A DNA stretch of 64,000 nucleotides from Candidatus Ozemobacteraceae bacterium (GTDB lineage Bacteria; Muiribacteriota; Ozemobacteria; Ozemobacterales; Ozemobacteraceae). Made by a program: the position numbers and the translations under genes. A model generated the notes under the pieces. That model saw only the letters and a program-made list of their open reading frames with translations, ran no database searches and had not been told where the DNA came from. Where the stretch lies: contig DAOSOK010000002.1 of assembly GCA_035373905.1 (NCBI GenBank), positions 131,038 to 195,037 on the forward strand, read 5' to 3'. This document shows positions 63,966 to 64,000 of the stretch, in pieces (position 1 is the first letter of the stretch; every line of letters begins with the position of its first letter).

Positions 63966-64000
63966 CTTCGGAGGGTCGAAGAGCGGGAACCAGGAAGCTT

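Noticed and set aside
1-64000. CRISPR arrays, rRNA, integrases or transposases, toxin-antitoxin pairs.
   Set aside because: No regularly spaced direct repeats other than the flp tandem duplicate and the REP/MITE-like family. No rRNA-like conserved stretches. No recognisable recombinase motifs in any frame inspected.

Overview
64 kb window of high-GC, gene-dense bacterial chromosome. The gene content looks deltaproteobacterial / Desulfobacterota-like; that taxonomic guess is inference only. About 65 protein-coding genes are supported. No rRNA, tRNA, CRISPR array, integrase or transposase was found by eye. Most long antisense ORFs in the track are the usual high-GC artefacts. Core-metabolism blocks present: (1) accB-like + accC; (2) xseA-xseB-ispA-ispD-ispE-dxr-ispF, a contiguous MEP/isoprenoid block closed by a strong intrinsic terminator; (3) ackA + a 3-hydroxybutyryl-CoA-dehydrogenase-like gene; (4) a large PHA locus with two class-III phaC genes, two PhaE-like partners, three phasin-like paralogs and phaR. 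Surface and envelope genes: three Flp pilins, two of them a near-identical tandem duplicate; two GspG-like pseudopilins at the window edge; a separate minor-pseudopilin trio transcribed with a DUF1343/NamZ-like gene; LysM, SH3b, beta-helix lipoprotein, FadL-like and TPR/beta-barrel proteins. Findings judged most worth follow-up: a Tat-signal radical SAM enzyme translationally coupled to a NosR/NapH-like FMN-binding membrane protein; a sigma-70-family factor with two tandem N-terminal Cys-rich repeats; a LysM - SNF2-helicase (B3-like N-terminus) - coiled-coil-partner operon; an AccB-like protein with Ser in place of the biotinyl-lysine; a shared near-palindromic candidate operator upstream of two PHA units; and a MITE/REP-like ~190 bp repeat family with a central 60 bp palindrome (two full copies inverted relative to each other, one central-palindrome-only copy and one half copy) that also explains the recurring ALSLSKGE peptides in spurious ORFs. 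Internal start sites were derived by arithmetic from the ORF track and mostly checked against the sequence; the text sequence occasionally read 1 nt off, so motif coordinates are approximate (+/- 2 nt).
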